From a virus (Duplodnaviria; Heunggongvirae; Uroviricota; Caudoviricetes): a DNA stretch of 64,000 nucleotides. The notes under the pieces were generated by a model. The model saw only the letters and a program-made list of their open reading frames with translations, was not told the DNA's origin and did no database searches. The stretch lies in IMG/VR virus record IMGVR_UViG_3300027708_003081, one strand, 5' to 3'. Positions 18,467 to 27,017 of this stretch are shown here, in pieces; position 1 is the stretch's first letter; each line of letters opens with the position of its first letter. The translations under genes and the position numbers were made by a program.

Positions 18467-18589
18467 TTATCTACCTTGCCCCACGTATTTTTTCGGTCTT
18501 TTATTATGTTTGTTAAAAGATTTTTTAGCAGTACCTTTTTTTCTTTTACCGAAGGTAACTTTTCTTGAGTCATTAGAACCTTTTGCCAT
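18467..18589 (-). CDS. Small basic protein, 40 aa, ending KKYVGQGR
   Basis: Start revised to ATG 18589 (MAKGSNDSRK); very Lys/Arg-rich. Confidence 0.7.
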   Translation of the reverse strand: MAKGSNDSRKVTFGKRKKGTAKKSFNKHNKRPKKYVGQGR

Positions 18590-18625
18590 TTGATTATTTT
18601 TAAAATAAATATTATATTTATCATT

Positions 18626-18916
18626 ATGTTCATTAGCGAAGAAGAAAAAAAACAAATTTTATCAAAATATCAAGATAATACTTCAGATGAGTTCTTAAGA
18701 CATCTTATACGGGCTTATCCTGTTGATTCTCAAAAAATATTGGATAGGGTAATTCATTTCATCACAATTGATGATAAAAGAAAAATATTAACCGGAAATA
18801 AAAAACTTATGGTTAATAAAATTTTTAATTTAGAGGATGGTAAATGGAATGATATTGATAAGAGTACTTTAAGAAGAACAATCAAAAAATATATTGACGG
18901 GAACCTGTTAAATTAA
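18626..18916 (+). CDS. Hypothetical protein with MFISEEEKKQIL leader
   Basis: Start revised to ATG 18626. Confidence 0.75.
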   Translation: MFISEEEKKQILSKYQDNTSDEFLRHLIRAYPVDSQKILDRVIHFITIDDKRKILTGNKKLMVNKIFNLEDGKWNDIDKSTLRRTIKKYIDGNLLN

Positions 18917-18923
18917 AACAATT

Positions 18924-18998
18924 GGTAGTGATAGCTCAGTGGGTTAGAGCAGCGTGCAGAGATGTCGTGTGCCCCAAGTTCGATTCTTGGTCCTACCA
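18924..18998 (+). ncRNA. tRNA-like RNA or pseudo-tRNA lacking a canonical anticodon loop
   Basis: Acceptor GGTAG(T)GA/TCCTACC, D arm GCTC..GAGC, T arm CCAAG-TTCGATT-CTTGG; the anticodon arm does not fold as 5 bp plus 7-nt loop. Confidence 0.7.
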
Positions 18999-19059
18999 CA
19001 AAATATTATAAACTATTTACTTTTAGAAACTATTTATTGGTAAGTAAATTACCAATATT

Positions 19060-19335
19060 ATGAAAGGACTTTTTAATTCTATCAGAAGTTTATTCTCAGA
19101 TGAGCATGGGGTTGTTTCGATGAAACGTCTTTGTGGACTTCTTTGTACAATCACACTTTGTGCTACGTTGTATCAAAATAGTTTCACAGAGGAACACATC
19201 GCACCATCAACCGCTATTGTGGATGCTGTGGCTATGTTGGCTTTCGGATGTTTGGGTTTATCCTCTGTTGATAAAATATGGGGAAAAAAACCAACAAACC
19301 CTGATGACACACCTCCACCTCCTCCAGCTGAGTAA
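19060..19335 (+). CDS. Putative holin or two-TM membrane protein
   Basis: SMKRLCGLLCTITLCATLY and AIVDAVAMLAFGCLGLSSVDK hydrophobic segments. Confidence 0.55.
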   Translation: MKGLFNSIRSLFSDEHGVVSMKRLCGLLCTITLCATLYQNSFTEEHIAPSTAIVDAVAMLAFGCLGLSSVDKIWGKKPTNPDDTPPPPPAE

Positions 19336-19397
19336 AAACATTAAACCCCACTTCAAAAGAGTGGGGTTTTTTATTTTTACATAGTATTTATAGAAAT

Positions 19398-20336
19398 ATG
19401 AAAAAAATTATTAGGTTAAGTGAATCTGAGTTAGTATCTTTGGTGAAAAGAACTATTATGGAAGATAATAATACTGAAAAAAAACCAAATTTAAAGAAAT
19501 TAACCTATAACTCTTTAACTGATTCTCAGAAAGATAAAATTAAAGGTTCGGGTGTGAAAATTTTTAGTGATATTAAAAATTATATTGAACCTAATACTAA
19601 TAGAAAAATAAATTATTGGTTAGAAAAGCATGGTTTACAATTAAAAGTTCCTAGTGCTGAGTTTATTAAAAAAAATATAGAGGATATTAATTTTGTTTTT
19701 GATAATTTAGAATTATCAAATTCAAAAAGAAATGATTTAAAAGAAAATTTAGATTTTTTAGAATTACAATTAGTTAATCCAAATTCAAAATTTATTGTTT
19801 TATTTCACGAAAAAGACGACGAATGGAGTATTGTTAATATGTTTGATAATAATATTATTCTGTGGATTAATTTAATTAACAATAGAATTGATTCTAATAC
19901 AGAAATAAATGTTGATGATTTTTTAGAAGAATATTATAGTGGTGGTTCGGACTCAATGGCTGCTCACGATTTATTAAGAGCGATATTGATTGATAGAGAA
20001 AATTATAAACAAACTATTTTTTCAAAAACTTGGGGTGGAGGACAAGAAGTTGAAAATAAATTTTTTAATCAGTTAAGACAATTAGGTGTGAGTGAAGAAA
20101 ATTTAAGGATTTTTTCAGGCGGTGGTAATTTTGTAGATAGAGCAGGATTTGATGGTGCGATGAAATGTAGAAATATTTGGTTTTCAATACAAGTTAAATC
20201 AAATCAGAATGATGCGTTAAAATCAATACCTTATAAAGGTATTTCAGTATTTCCATCTGAAGGAGAGTTTTATTATTTTCACGATAAAAAGGTACCACCA
20301 AAACCAATTTCATCACTAGTTAAAAAATGTATTTAA
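19398..20336 (+). CDS. Protein with MKKIIRLSESEL leader; C-terminal PD-(D/E)XK nuclease-like domain
   Basis: G.E.E...FVDRAGFDG...SIQVKS pattern. Confidence 0.55.
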   Translation: MKKIIRLSESELVSLVKRTIMEDNNTEKKPNLKKLTYNSLTDSQKDKIKGSGVKIFSDIKNYIEPNTNRKINYWLEKHGLQLKVPSAEFIKKNIEDINFVFDNLELSNSKRNDLKENLDFLELQLVNPNSKFIVLFHEKDDEWSIVNMFDNNIILWINLINNRIDSNTEINVDDFLEEYYSGGSDSMAAHDLLRAILIDRENYKQTIFSKTWGGGQEVENKFFNQLRQLGVSEENLRIFSGGGNFVDRAGFDGAMKCRNIWFSIQVKSNQNDALKSIPYKGISVFPSEGEFYYFHDKKVPPKPISSLVKKCI

Positions 20337-20337
20337 T

Positions 20338-20556
20338 ATGGCAGTATCAATCAACCCAAAAGTAGAGAAACCCACCAAATTTGAACGCATCTATGAAGAT
20401 GACGAATGTACTTCAATTTGGAAATACGACTTAAATAAGAACCCTTATGGACCTATAAACGTGGAATATAAGTGGAAGAGAAGTTTTAATCCTTGGAATC
20501 AGAAAAAGATGACTTTAGGAGACCTTGCAGACCAAAAAAAGAAGTTAAAGTCCTAA
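20338..20556 (+). CDS. Hypothetical protein
   Basis: ORF track. Confidence 0.7.
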   Translation: MAVSINPKVEKPTKFERIYEDDECTSIWKYDLNKNPYGPINVEYKWKRSFNPWNQKKMTLGDLADQKKKLKS

Positions 20557-21168
20557 CTTCTTATCAATTATACTTTTAAGAATAATTAAAGATTTTCTAT
20601 CAAGTGAATCAATCGCATAACTTGTATTTTCAATTACAAGTTTATCAATTCCTGATTGTTTTGTTTCTACAATTTTTTCAACACTTGTGAAAACATCATC
20701 ATAAGATTCAAAATTCTCATAATCTGTATCGTATTCTGCACTCCATTTTTCATAATTTCCATCATTATGTGCCTTATCAATTGCGTATTCAACCCAATCT
20801 TTATCGTATGAATCCCAAGTATCTTTAAAAAATCTTTCATAAGTACAAGAACCTCTCTCTTTCCAGTGTACATTATATTTGTCTACTTTTGGTATTTCCA
20901 ATCTTTCATATAAAGATTTACTTGATTTTGAATTTGAAATCTCAACCGCCAACCCCTCATCGTTTTGAATTAGTTTTGCGAAAAACTCCATATCAATATC
21001 TGATATTGATTCACCAAATGGTTTTACCGCATCCTCAAGAATGTTTATATTATAATCATCCGCGTATGGGTCAGTAAAATCAAAGTTATTATTAATGAGC
21101 TCACTTATAATAAAAGCCAAATGTTTTTTTGAATAGTTGTGAAATAAACTTGCATTCTCCATAAACAA
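20545..21168 (-). CDS. Hypothetical protein
   Basis: ORF track. Confidence 0.75.
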   Translation of the reverse strand: MFMENASLFHNYSKKHLAFIISELINNNFDFTDPYADDYNINILEDAVKPFGESISDIDMEFFAKLIQNDEGLAVEISNSKSSKSLYERLEIPKVDKYNVHWKERGSCTYERFFKDTWDSYDKDWVEYAIDKAHNDGNYEKWSAEYDTDYENFESYDDVFTSVEKIVETKQSGIDKLVIENTSYAIDSLDRKSLIILKSIIDKKLGL

Positions 21169-21191
21169 TAAATATAAAAAAAAGGTGAAAA

Positions 21192-21608
21192 TTACTTCAC
21201 CCTTTTTTCAAACCTTTCAAAGTTTTTAAAAACTCCCAAGATATTATCCCTACCGACAGGATTCATAGAATGCACCAAATATGTTGGAAGTGGAATTCCG
21301 TTTTCAGAACAGTAATTACATAACCATTTGGCGCAGTCATAACCAGTTTTTTCTTTGAATTCATCATACAACTGATTATATAATGAACTATTATCATACA
21401 TCATAGGTGAGTAGTGTTCGTCAGCTAAGTCGTGGTCAAATGAGATTAAATCAGGTACACCGAAATGTTCAATATACCCAACAAAATCATTATAAGTTCT
21501 TACAATATCCCACTGCTCATCCTCATACATATATTTTAAGTCATCAGGACGCATATATTTTGCGCAGTCAAAAGGAACCCTGATGTCGTCCAAGAATAAT
21601 TTTTTCAT
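21192..21608 (-). CDS. Cyclic-phosphate-processing receiver-domain protein
   Basis: LFLDDIR, ISFDHDL, TGYDCAKWL, VHSMNPVG motifs. Confidence 0.75.
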   Translation of the reverse strand: MKKLFLDDIRVPFDCAKYMRPDDLKYMYEDEQWDIVRTYNDFVGYIEHFGVPDLISFDHDLADEHYSPMMYDNSSLYNQLYDEFKEKTGYDCAKWLCNYCSENGIPLPTYLVHSMNPVGRDNILGVFKNFERFEKRVK

Positions 21609-21814
21609 TGTAATTTTTTTACTTTTTCAATTTTTCCGTCTTTCCACTCTTTAACCAACCAACCCTCTTTATCCATATAAATCATAGGAAGTCCTTCTTC
21701 CCAAGTACTCTCTTTTATTCTTTTGAGCATTTCTTGTTGGAACCTCTCTGACTTAAGATATTCCATCAAATCACCTGAGTCTTCCAATTCATCTAAAGAT
21801 TTTTTATTTTCCAT
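21605..21814 (-). CDS. Hypothetical protein
   Basis: ORF track; TATATTTG-TATT-ATG promoter at 21826-21819. Confidence 0.7.
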   Translation of the reverse strand: MENKKSLDELEDSGDLMEYLKSERFQQEMLKRIKESTWEEGLPMIYMDKEGWLVKEWKDGKIEKVKKLQ

Positions 21815-21827
21815 AATACAAATATAG

Positions 21828-22502
21828 TTAATTTTTTAAACATCTAACAGATGCACCGTAGAAATAATTCATACTCCATCTGTATAATTTATTTTGATTA
21901 TAAGGACTATCCGCATACATACTTCTTATTATTCCGCCACCTAAAAAACAATGGTAAGGGGCTCTATAAGTATTCGACCACCAATTACTGTTACTATTTA
22001 AAAACACAAAAGCGCCATCTTCTCCTCTAACACCACCAGATAATGCGTTAAATCCTGTTGAATTTGTTCCAAATTGATTAATTAACCAATGTGCAGTTCC
22101 AATTTCTTTCAACTTTCCTGCCGATATTGTGTCTCCACCTAAATAATTAGTTAGAATTGTCCAATCCGAATCTGATGGTATTTTCCACCCTTGAGGTGCG
22201 AGCCCTCTTGGGTCGGAAACGGCTTCCCAATTATATAACTTTCCATAAATTTCTCCCATCGCCGGGTCATTATTATAATAACACCAAGCACCTGTGGTTA
22301 AATTTCTCCATTCTGTTGGGTCGGTTACTTGTGGGATTGTATCTCCATTTCTGTAGGTTGATACGTCAAGATTTCTTTTAGCCCAAATTTGTGAACCAAT
22401 TTGAACTTGAGGAACATCGTTGCTCGTTTGTCTTGAAATTTCATCATTTTTGGAACAACTTAAAATAGTTGTAACTGTTAATAGTAGTAGTAAATTTTTC
22501 AT
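21828..22502 (-). CDS. Lipoprotein with Fibrobacter succinogenes major paralogous (Fib_succ_major) domain
   Basis: Lipobox ILSC; IGSQIWAKRNL, YGKLYNW.AV.D.RGLAP.GW.IPS..DW, GFNAL.GG.R, G.SVRCLK. Confidence 0.85.
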   Translation of the reverse strand: MKNLLLLLTVTTILSCSKNDEISRQTSNDVPQVQIGSQIWAKRNLDVSTYRNGDTIPQVTDPTEWRNLTTGAWCYYNNDPAMGEIYGKLYNWEAVSDPRGLAPQGWKIPSDSDWTILTNYLGGDTISAGKLKEIGTAHWLINQFGTNSTGFNALSGGVRGEDGAFVFLNSNSNWWSNTYRAPYHCFLGGGIIRSMYADSPYNQNKLYRWSMNYFYGASVRCLKN

Positions 22503-22527
22503 AATACAAAGATAAGGTATTTTTTCA

Positions 22528-22761
22528 TTAATAACAAATTCTCATTCCAGGTCCCGCGTTGTTAAAAGTAAATTGGTCAACGAGGACATCCATAACAAAT
22601 CCATTACACATTCTAACTGGTAGATAATATCTATAACCCCAACTTGTATACTGAACAAATCCCGGTCCAACAACTTCCCCACACTGCGAATAATATGGGG
22701 GTTCAACATAACAAGATGATAATGATACTATTAATGCTAATACAAATAAAATTTTTTTCAT
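22528..22761 (-). CDS. Small lipoprotein
   Basis: MKKILFVLALIVSLSSC lipobox. Confidence 0.7.
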   Translation of the reverse strand: MKKILFVLALIVSLSSCYVEPPYYSQCGEVVGPGFVQYTSWGYRYYLPVRMCNGFVMDVLVDQFTFNNAGPGMRICY

Positions 22762-22766
22762 AACTT

Positions 22767-22961
22767 TTATATTATTTCTTTAAGTTGAGATTTGTGAGTT
22801 ATCCAAGTATTAGGCACCATTTCTTCATCAGTAGTAACGACTAAATATCCATTACCTTTATCACCAATACATTTTACTATTTTACCATTAGGTTGCAAAT
22901 CAGGTCTGTGACTTTCAGATAATCTTGTGTAAAACTTTTTGTCTATATTATTCATTTTCAT
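22767..22961 (-). CDS. Hypothetical protein
   Basis: ORF track. Confidence 0.6.
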   Translation of the reverse strand: MKMNNIDKKFYTRLSESHRPDLQPNGKIVKCIGDKGNGYLVVTTDEEMVPNTWITHKSQLKEII

Positions 22962-23157
22962 ACATTAATTTTATAAGTTGATTTTCTAAATCCTCTCCTT
23001 CATTTTGGAATTTTATCGCCTCTTCAAATCTTTCATTTGTTAATTCATCCAAATTAACTATGTTAAAGTGTTGGGTTGGTATTGTGAATACTCTATACCC
23101 ATATTTTGTTTTGTCAATGGAAATACCATTAATAATGTATTTGTTATCTATATTCAT
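22948..23157 (-). CDS. Hypothetical protein
   Basis: ORF track. Confidence 0.65.
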   Translation of the reverse strand: MNIDNKYIINGISIDKTKYGYRVFTIPTQHFNIVNLDELTNERFEEAIKFQNEGEDLENQLIKLMYENE

Positions 23158-23159
23158 AA

Positions 23160-23597
23160 TTAAATTATTTTAACGCCTCTAATAATGTATGTAACTTCAT
23201 TCATTACTCTATTATCACCAACAAAGGATGCCATTCTCTCCTCAATAACTTGGTAGATATGGGTGTAGTTGTTGTTTATAAAATCCTCCAACTCTTTTTT
23301 TATTTGCAAATTATCCTCAAGATTTGAAAAGTTTTTATCTAATTCGTGAGTTCTTAATAAAGGTGCTTTTCTAATTTGAGATTGATATACACGTCCATTA
23401 TATACAAACACGGGTTGTTCTACTTGAGATGCGTTAATGGTTAATTCATTTAATGGAATGATGTATTTCCACGGGCCATTTCCTTCGCCTATGGGAGATG
23501 TTTTATCCTCAATGAATTTATCAAAACCTTCGGGAAACCCTGGCTGATTCCACATAGATTCATCACCAAGTTTATTCTTTATTATTTCACTATTCAT
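23160..23597 (-). CDS. Hypothetical protein
   Basis: ORF track. Confidence 0.7.
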   Translation of the reverse strand: MNSEIIKNKLGDESMWNQPGFPEGFDKFIEDKTSPIGEGNGPWKYIIPLNELTINASQVEQPVFVYNGRVYQSQIRKAPLLRTHELDKNFSNLEDNLQIKKELEDFINNNYTHIYQVIEERMASFVGDNRVMNEVTYIIRGVKII

Positions 23598-23612
23598 AAC
23601 TTTCTATTTTGT

Positions 23613-23762
23613 TTAATGTTTTATCTGATTAACTACGCTTACTATACTCTTCATCCAAGCACCCATAATATCTCTTCTTCCGAACAATACATTCCATATT
23701 GACATATCAGCATCCCAGATTTCTTTTGGCACTTCTACTTTAATAACTTGTCTATTCTTCAT
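23613..23762 (-). CDS. Small hypothetical protein, 49 aa (MKNRQVIKVEVPKEIW...), not in ORF track
   Basis: Read directly; fills a gap in a co-directional run. Confidence 0.45.
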   Translation of the reverse strand: MKNRQVIKVEVPKEIWDADMSIWNVLFGRRDIMGAWMKSIVSVVNQIKH

Positions 23763-23821
23763 ATTTTTTATTCATAACTTTCTATTGTTATAGTTTTTTT
23801 AACCCTTATAAGTTTTGGTAA

Positions 23822-23953
23822 TTAACCCATGAGTGTACTAGTAGACTTAATTCCTACGCTTGCAAGTGCTTTCTCAATATCAGTCTTAATCTGACAGTCA
23901 ATTTGTGCTGCCATATATCCTTTCAACCAATAAATAAATTGTTCGTTTGTCAT
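23822..23953 (-). CDS. Small hypothetical protein, 43 aa (MTNEQFIYWLKGY...), not in ORF track
   Basis: Read directly; starts 6 nt after the upstream stop. Confidence 0.55.
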   Translation of the reverse strand: MTNEQFIYWLKGYMAAQIDCQIKTDIEKALASVGIKSTSTLMG

Positions 23954-23959
23954 AACTTT

Positions 23960-24220
23960 CTATTGTTTTTGTGTTATTGTTATTGGGTTATTTTTCCAAA
24001 ATTCTCTACCTTCCTTACTATTATTAAAGAACATAAAAAATTCTCCATACTTACTTTTTACGTTTTCCATTTTTTGAATGTTGATTTCATCGCTATCTTT
24101 AAAACTAATATGAATACTAGCAAATGGATGTAACACGCCTTCAAAATCTTTGTATGTGTATCTTAATAGTGCGACCGGTAATTCACATTCGCTCTTAATT
24201 TGTTGATAAAGTTCATTCAT
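23960..24220 (-). CDS. Hypothetical protein
   Basis: ORF track. Confidence 0.65.
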   Translation of the reverse strand: MNELYQQIKSECELPVALLRYTYKDFEGVLHPFASIHISFKDSDEINIQKMENVKSKYGEFFMFFNNSKEGREFWKNNPITITQKQ

Positions 24221-24224
24221 AATC

Positions 24225-24431
24225 TTATTTTTTTAACTCTTCTCTACATCCATTACCCCACCGCTCATTAAACTTATCATCAGTTAATATCTTATCCTTG
24301 AACTCCTCAAAATTAAACTCCTCATAGTCAATCCAACTCTTCTTGAGATTATGTTTAATAAAATCAGAAGTCCAAGTTTCTGTATCTCTACAATATCTGT
24401 AATAGTTTTTATACGCCTCCTGTGGTGTCAT
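24225..24431 (-). CDS. Hypothetical protein
   Basis: ORF track. Confidence 0.65.
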   Translation of the reverse strand: MTPQEAYKNYYRYCRDTETWTSDFIKHNLKKSWIDYEEFNFEEFKDKILTDDKFNERWGNGCREELKK

Positions 24432-24433
24432 TT

Positions 24434-24622
24434 TTAATTATTTAATCCAACCTTTGTATCAAAAAAACCAATACCTAATAATAACCAAATTATTAGTGAA
24501 ACGACTAATATTGTTATTACTCCAATTTTAATATTATTCCACAAGTCTTCAATTCTTCTGGCTTCTTTTGGGTGTAATCTATAGCCCTTAATCCAGTGTT
24601 TTAACGCTTTTAATGTTTTCAT
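24434..24622 (-). CDS. Small membrane protein
   Basis: One long hydrophobic segment. Confidence 0.65.
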   Translation of the reverse strand: MKTLKALKHWIKGYRLHPKEARRIEDLWNNIKIGVITILVVSLIIWLLLGIGFFDTKVGLNN

Positions 24623-24633
24623 TTTAATTTTTT

Positions 24634-25311
24634 TTAAATGTAATCAAATAATTTGGTGTTTTCATCAAAATTAACAACAATAGGTTTGTTTTCGTGTTCA
24701 TATCTTTCATTAAGAACGGAAGCATTTATAAAATCAACATCATTAAAACTCTTTTGTCCGTAAGCCCAATGGATGTGCCCGCACGCGTGAATTTTTGGTT
24801 GAATTTCCATAATTCTGTTAAATAAATCTTCATCCCCAACCATTTGCCCACTTATGGTGTGGTCTAACATTCTAAATGATGGTCCGTGAGTTATAAGAAT
24901 ATCAGTATTACCCGGTATTTTAGCCCACTTTTCAGCAAGTTTTTCTCCTCTTGGAAGATTAAACGCCCAATCATAAAATTCAGGTTGCCAAGGACTACCA
25001 TAAAATTTTATCCCATCAATTTCAACACTACTATCAAAAAGGTAATGAACACCTTTCTCAATATATTCAGGTGCAATTGTATCTGCATATTGGAATCCAA
25101 AATCGTGGTTTCCTGCGATAAATACCTTGTGAGTAAATGGAGTATTACTAAACCAATCTAAAAATTCCTTGATTTCGTGACTTCTTCCCATATTAGTTAC
25201 ATCTCCGCAGTGAATTAAAATATCGCCACTACCTAAAATGTTTCCCATACCCTTACTTGTGAGATATTCGTGTTTTCCGTGAGTATCACTTATGAATTTT
25301 ATAGTCTTCAT
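24634..25311 (-). CDS. Calcineurin-like metallophosphoesterase (MPPED-like)
   Basis: ISDTHG, HCGDVT, IAGNHD, LITHGP, CGHIH. Confidence 0.9.
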   Translation of the reverse strand: MKTIKFISDTHGKHEYLTSKGMGNILGSGDILIHCGDVTNMGRSHEIKEFLDWFSNTPFTHKVFIAGNHDFGFQYADTIAPEYIEKGVHYLFDSSVEIDGIKFYGSPWQPEFYDWAFNLPRGEKLAEKWAKIPGNTDILITHGPSFRMLDHTISGQMVGDEDLFNRIMEIQPKIHACGHIHWAYGQKSFNDVDFINASVLNERYEHENKPIVVNFDENTKLFDYI

Positions 25312-25441
25312 CTTCTTCAAAATTTAAAAAGTCATCACCCTTATAGTCAGGGTGTTTATCCTTCATTTTATCAATCCCTATTGTCCAAAGATAGGAAATA
25401 ATTGCTGTAATAACAAATATTACTAAATATATTTTCCACAT
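25286..25441 (-). CDS. Small membrane protein
   Basis: Start revised to ATG 25441; N-terminal TM segment. Confidence 0.65.
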   Translation of the reverse strand: MWKIYLVIFVITAIISYLWTIGIDKMKDKHPDYKGDDFLNFEEDEDYKIHK

Positions 25442-25460
25442 ATTATAAATTTTTTTAATA

Positions 25461-25973
25461 TTAATCCCACCATCCGCGGGCTCCCGTCCCGTCAAACCAA
25501 TCATTCCAATCTTGTTTTTTAGGTTTATATTTGGAATTATCTTGTCCTTTGAATATCTCCCAAAGTTCCGTCCACTCTTGTTCTTCTATTTCACGAGCTC
25601 TTGCATAAACTTTATTATTATGTTCTTTTTGTTCAGGTTTTTTATTATCAACTAATTCAAATGAACCGGGATGCGATTCAGATGGTTTAAATTGAAATGG
25701 TTCAATATGTAATTCACCAAGTTCTTTTTCTGCCATTTCAATATGTTGAACACCCTTCATATTATTCATAATCTCAATTGCTCTTCTCATTTTGGCAACT
25801 TTTTTAATTCTCGGTTCATCAACTTCAATACCCTTTGTTTCAAGATTGTCGGACATCTCTTTCAAACACACTTTTAATACATCCAAAGTGAAATAGTAAT
25901 CCCACCACCTGAAATTCCAAATTACTTTTCTAAAAGTCCAAAAATTCGTTAAAGATTTTATAAATTTTCTCAT
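25461..25973 (-). CDS. Hypothetical protein ending GWWD
   Basis: ORF track. Confidence 0.8.
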   Translation of the reverse strand: MRKFIKSLTNFWTFRKVIWNFRWWDYYFTLDVLKVCLKEMSDNLETKGIEVDEPRIKKVAKMRRAIEIMNNMKGVQHIEMAEKELGELHIEPFQFKPSESHPGSFELVDNKKPEQKEHNNKVYARAREIEEQEWTELWEIFKGQDNSKYKPKKQDWNDWFDGTGARGWWD

Positions 25974-25977
25974 AAGT

Positions 25978-26868
25978 TTAATTATTTAATTGTTGATATT
26001 CTTTTTCCCAATCACTTGAAATTTGAGTAGTATCTATTTTAATTGTGTCTATTTTATTAAGTGAATCAAGATAATATGGTTGATAATTAATATTAAATGT
26101 TTCGGTTACAGGTGTGTCCTGATTATAATCTTTTATTGTATAAGTAGGGTTATATTTTTTATCTCTTCCTGTCCATTTATCATACGTATCAACAAAAAAA
26201 TTAAAAGTCCTATCAATAAGTGTTACTTTTTTTCCTGTATTTTTATAATCAACCTTAAAGTAATAACCTGAAATAATAAGTCCCGCAATTAATAAAATAA
26301 TAAGTACTGGTTTAAAATTATCCATAAATTTCTCATATCTTCTAAAATCAGATGGGTCCATATCAATACCGAATAATCCATTAAAAAAAACTTTAGAAAA
26401 ACTCATTCTACTTCTTTTCTTATTCCACCCTTCAGGTTTTTCAAAATTAAAGGTAATCGGCTTTTCCGTTTGTTTTGGAGTTTCAACCTTAACTTCTTCT
26501 TTAACAGGTTCAGGTTCAATTACTTCCTCTTCTTTTACAGGTTCAATAGTTGGGGTTACAGAGGGAGTTGAATTTACAGGTATAGAGGGCGTGACTTTCA
26601 TCGTAAATTCCAAATTAAATTCTTTCGCAAATTTTTTCATAAATTCTAACTTTTCATCATATGAAAGTTCATCAATAGTTGGTTCCACAACCTTTTCGGG
26701 TTCCGTAAATTCTTGTGTTTTATCTTGTTTTAATGTTTCCTCGACAACTTTCTCACCAAGTTCTGTCTTAAACATATCCTCAAACTCATTCATCCAAGAA
26801 TCTTTTGCTCCTCCAGTATTTTGTTCACCCGTGTGGTAAATGTTGGTTGGTTTTTGTAATAATGGCAT
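25978..26868 (-). CDS. Membrane-anchored hypothetical protein
   Basis: PVLIILLIAGLIISGYYF TM; promoter TTTG-N19-TATCTTTG at 26917-26887. Confidence 0.8.
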   Translation of the reverse strand: MPLLQKPTNIYHTGEQNTGGAKDSWMNEFEDMFKTELGEKVVEETLKQDKTQEFTEPEKVVEPTIDELSYDEKLEFMKKFAKEFNLEFTMKVTPSIPVNSTPSVTPTIEPVKEEEVIEPEPVKEEVKVETPKQTEKPITFNFEKPEGWNKKRSRMSFSKVFFNGLFGIDMDPSDFRRYEKFMDNFKPVLIILLIAGLIISGYYFKVDYKNTGKKVTLIDRTFNFFVDTYDKWTGRDKKYNPTYTIKDYNQDTPVTETFNINYQPYYLDSLNKIDTIKIDTTQISSDWEKEYQQLNN

Positions 26869-26896
26869 ATAAAATTTATTTTACAACAAAGATAAG

Positions 26897-26990
26897 AAAA
26901 AAAAAAGACTCGTCAAAATTATTTTTTTGCGAGTCTTTTAGGATTGATATATGAGACACTCTCAAAAAGGAGTGATGTAAGAAATAAATA
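26897..26990 (-). ncRNA. Putative small late RNA with its own promoter and terminator and no ORF
   Basis: TATTTAT at 26990-26984; hairpin CACTC/GAGTG; terminator AAAAGACTCG/CGAGTCTTTT plus U-run. Confidence 0.4.
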
Positions 26991-27017
26991 TCACATTTTT
27001 TTTATAAAATCAAGTTT

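Noticed and set aside
18924-18998. tRNA-Leu(GAG)
   Set aside because: The nominal anticodon stem does not pair, U33 is absent and there is no long variable arm.
23595-23964. CRISPR-like regularly spaced repeat
   Set aside because: The repeat is only 14 nt and the intervening segments (178-bp period) are coding.
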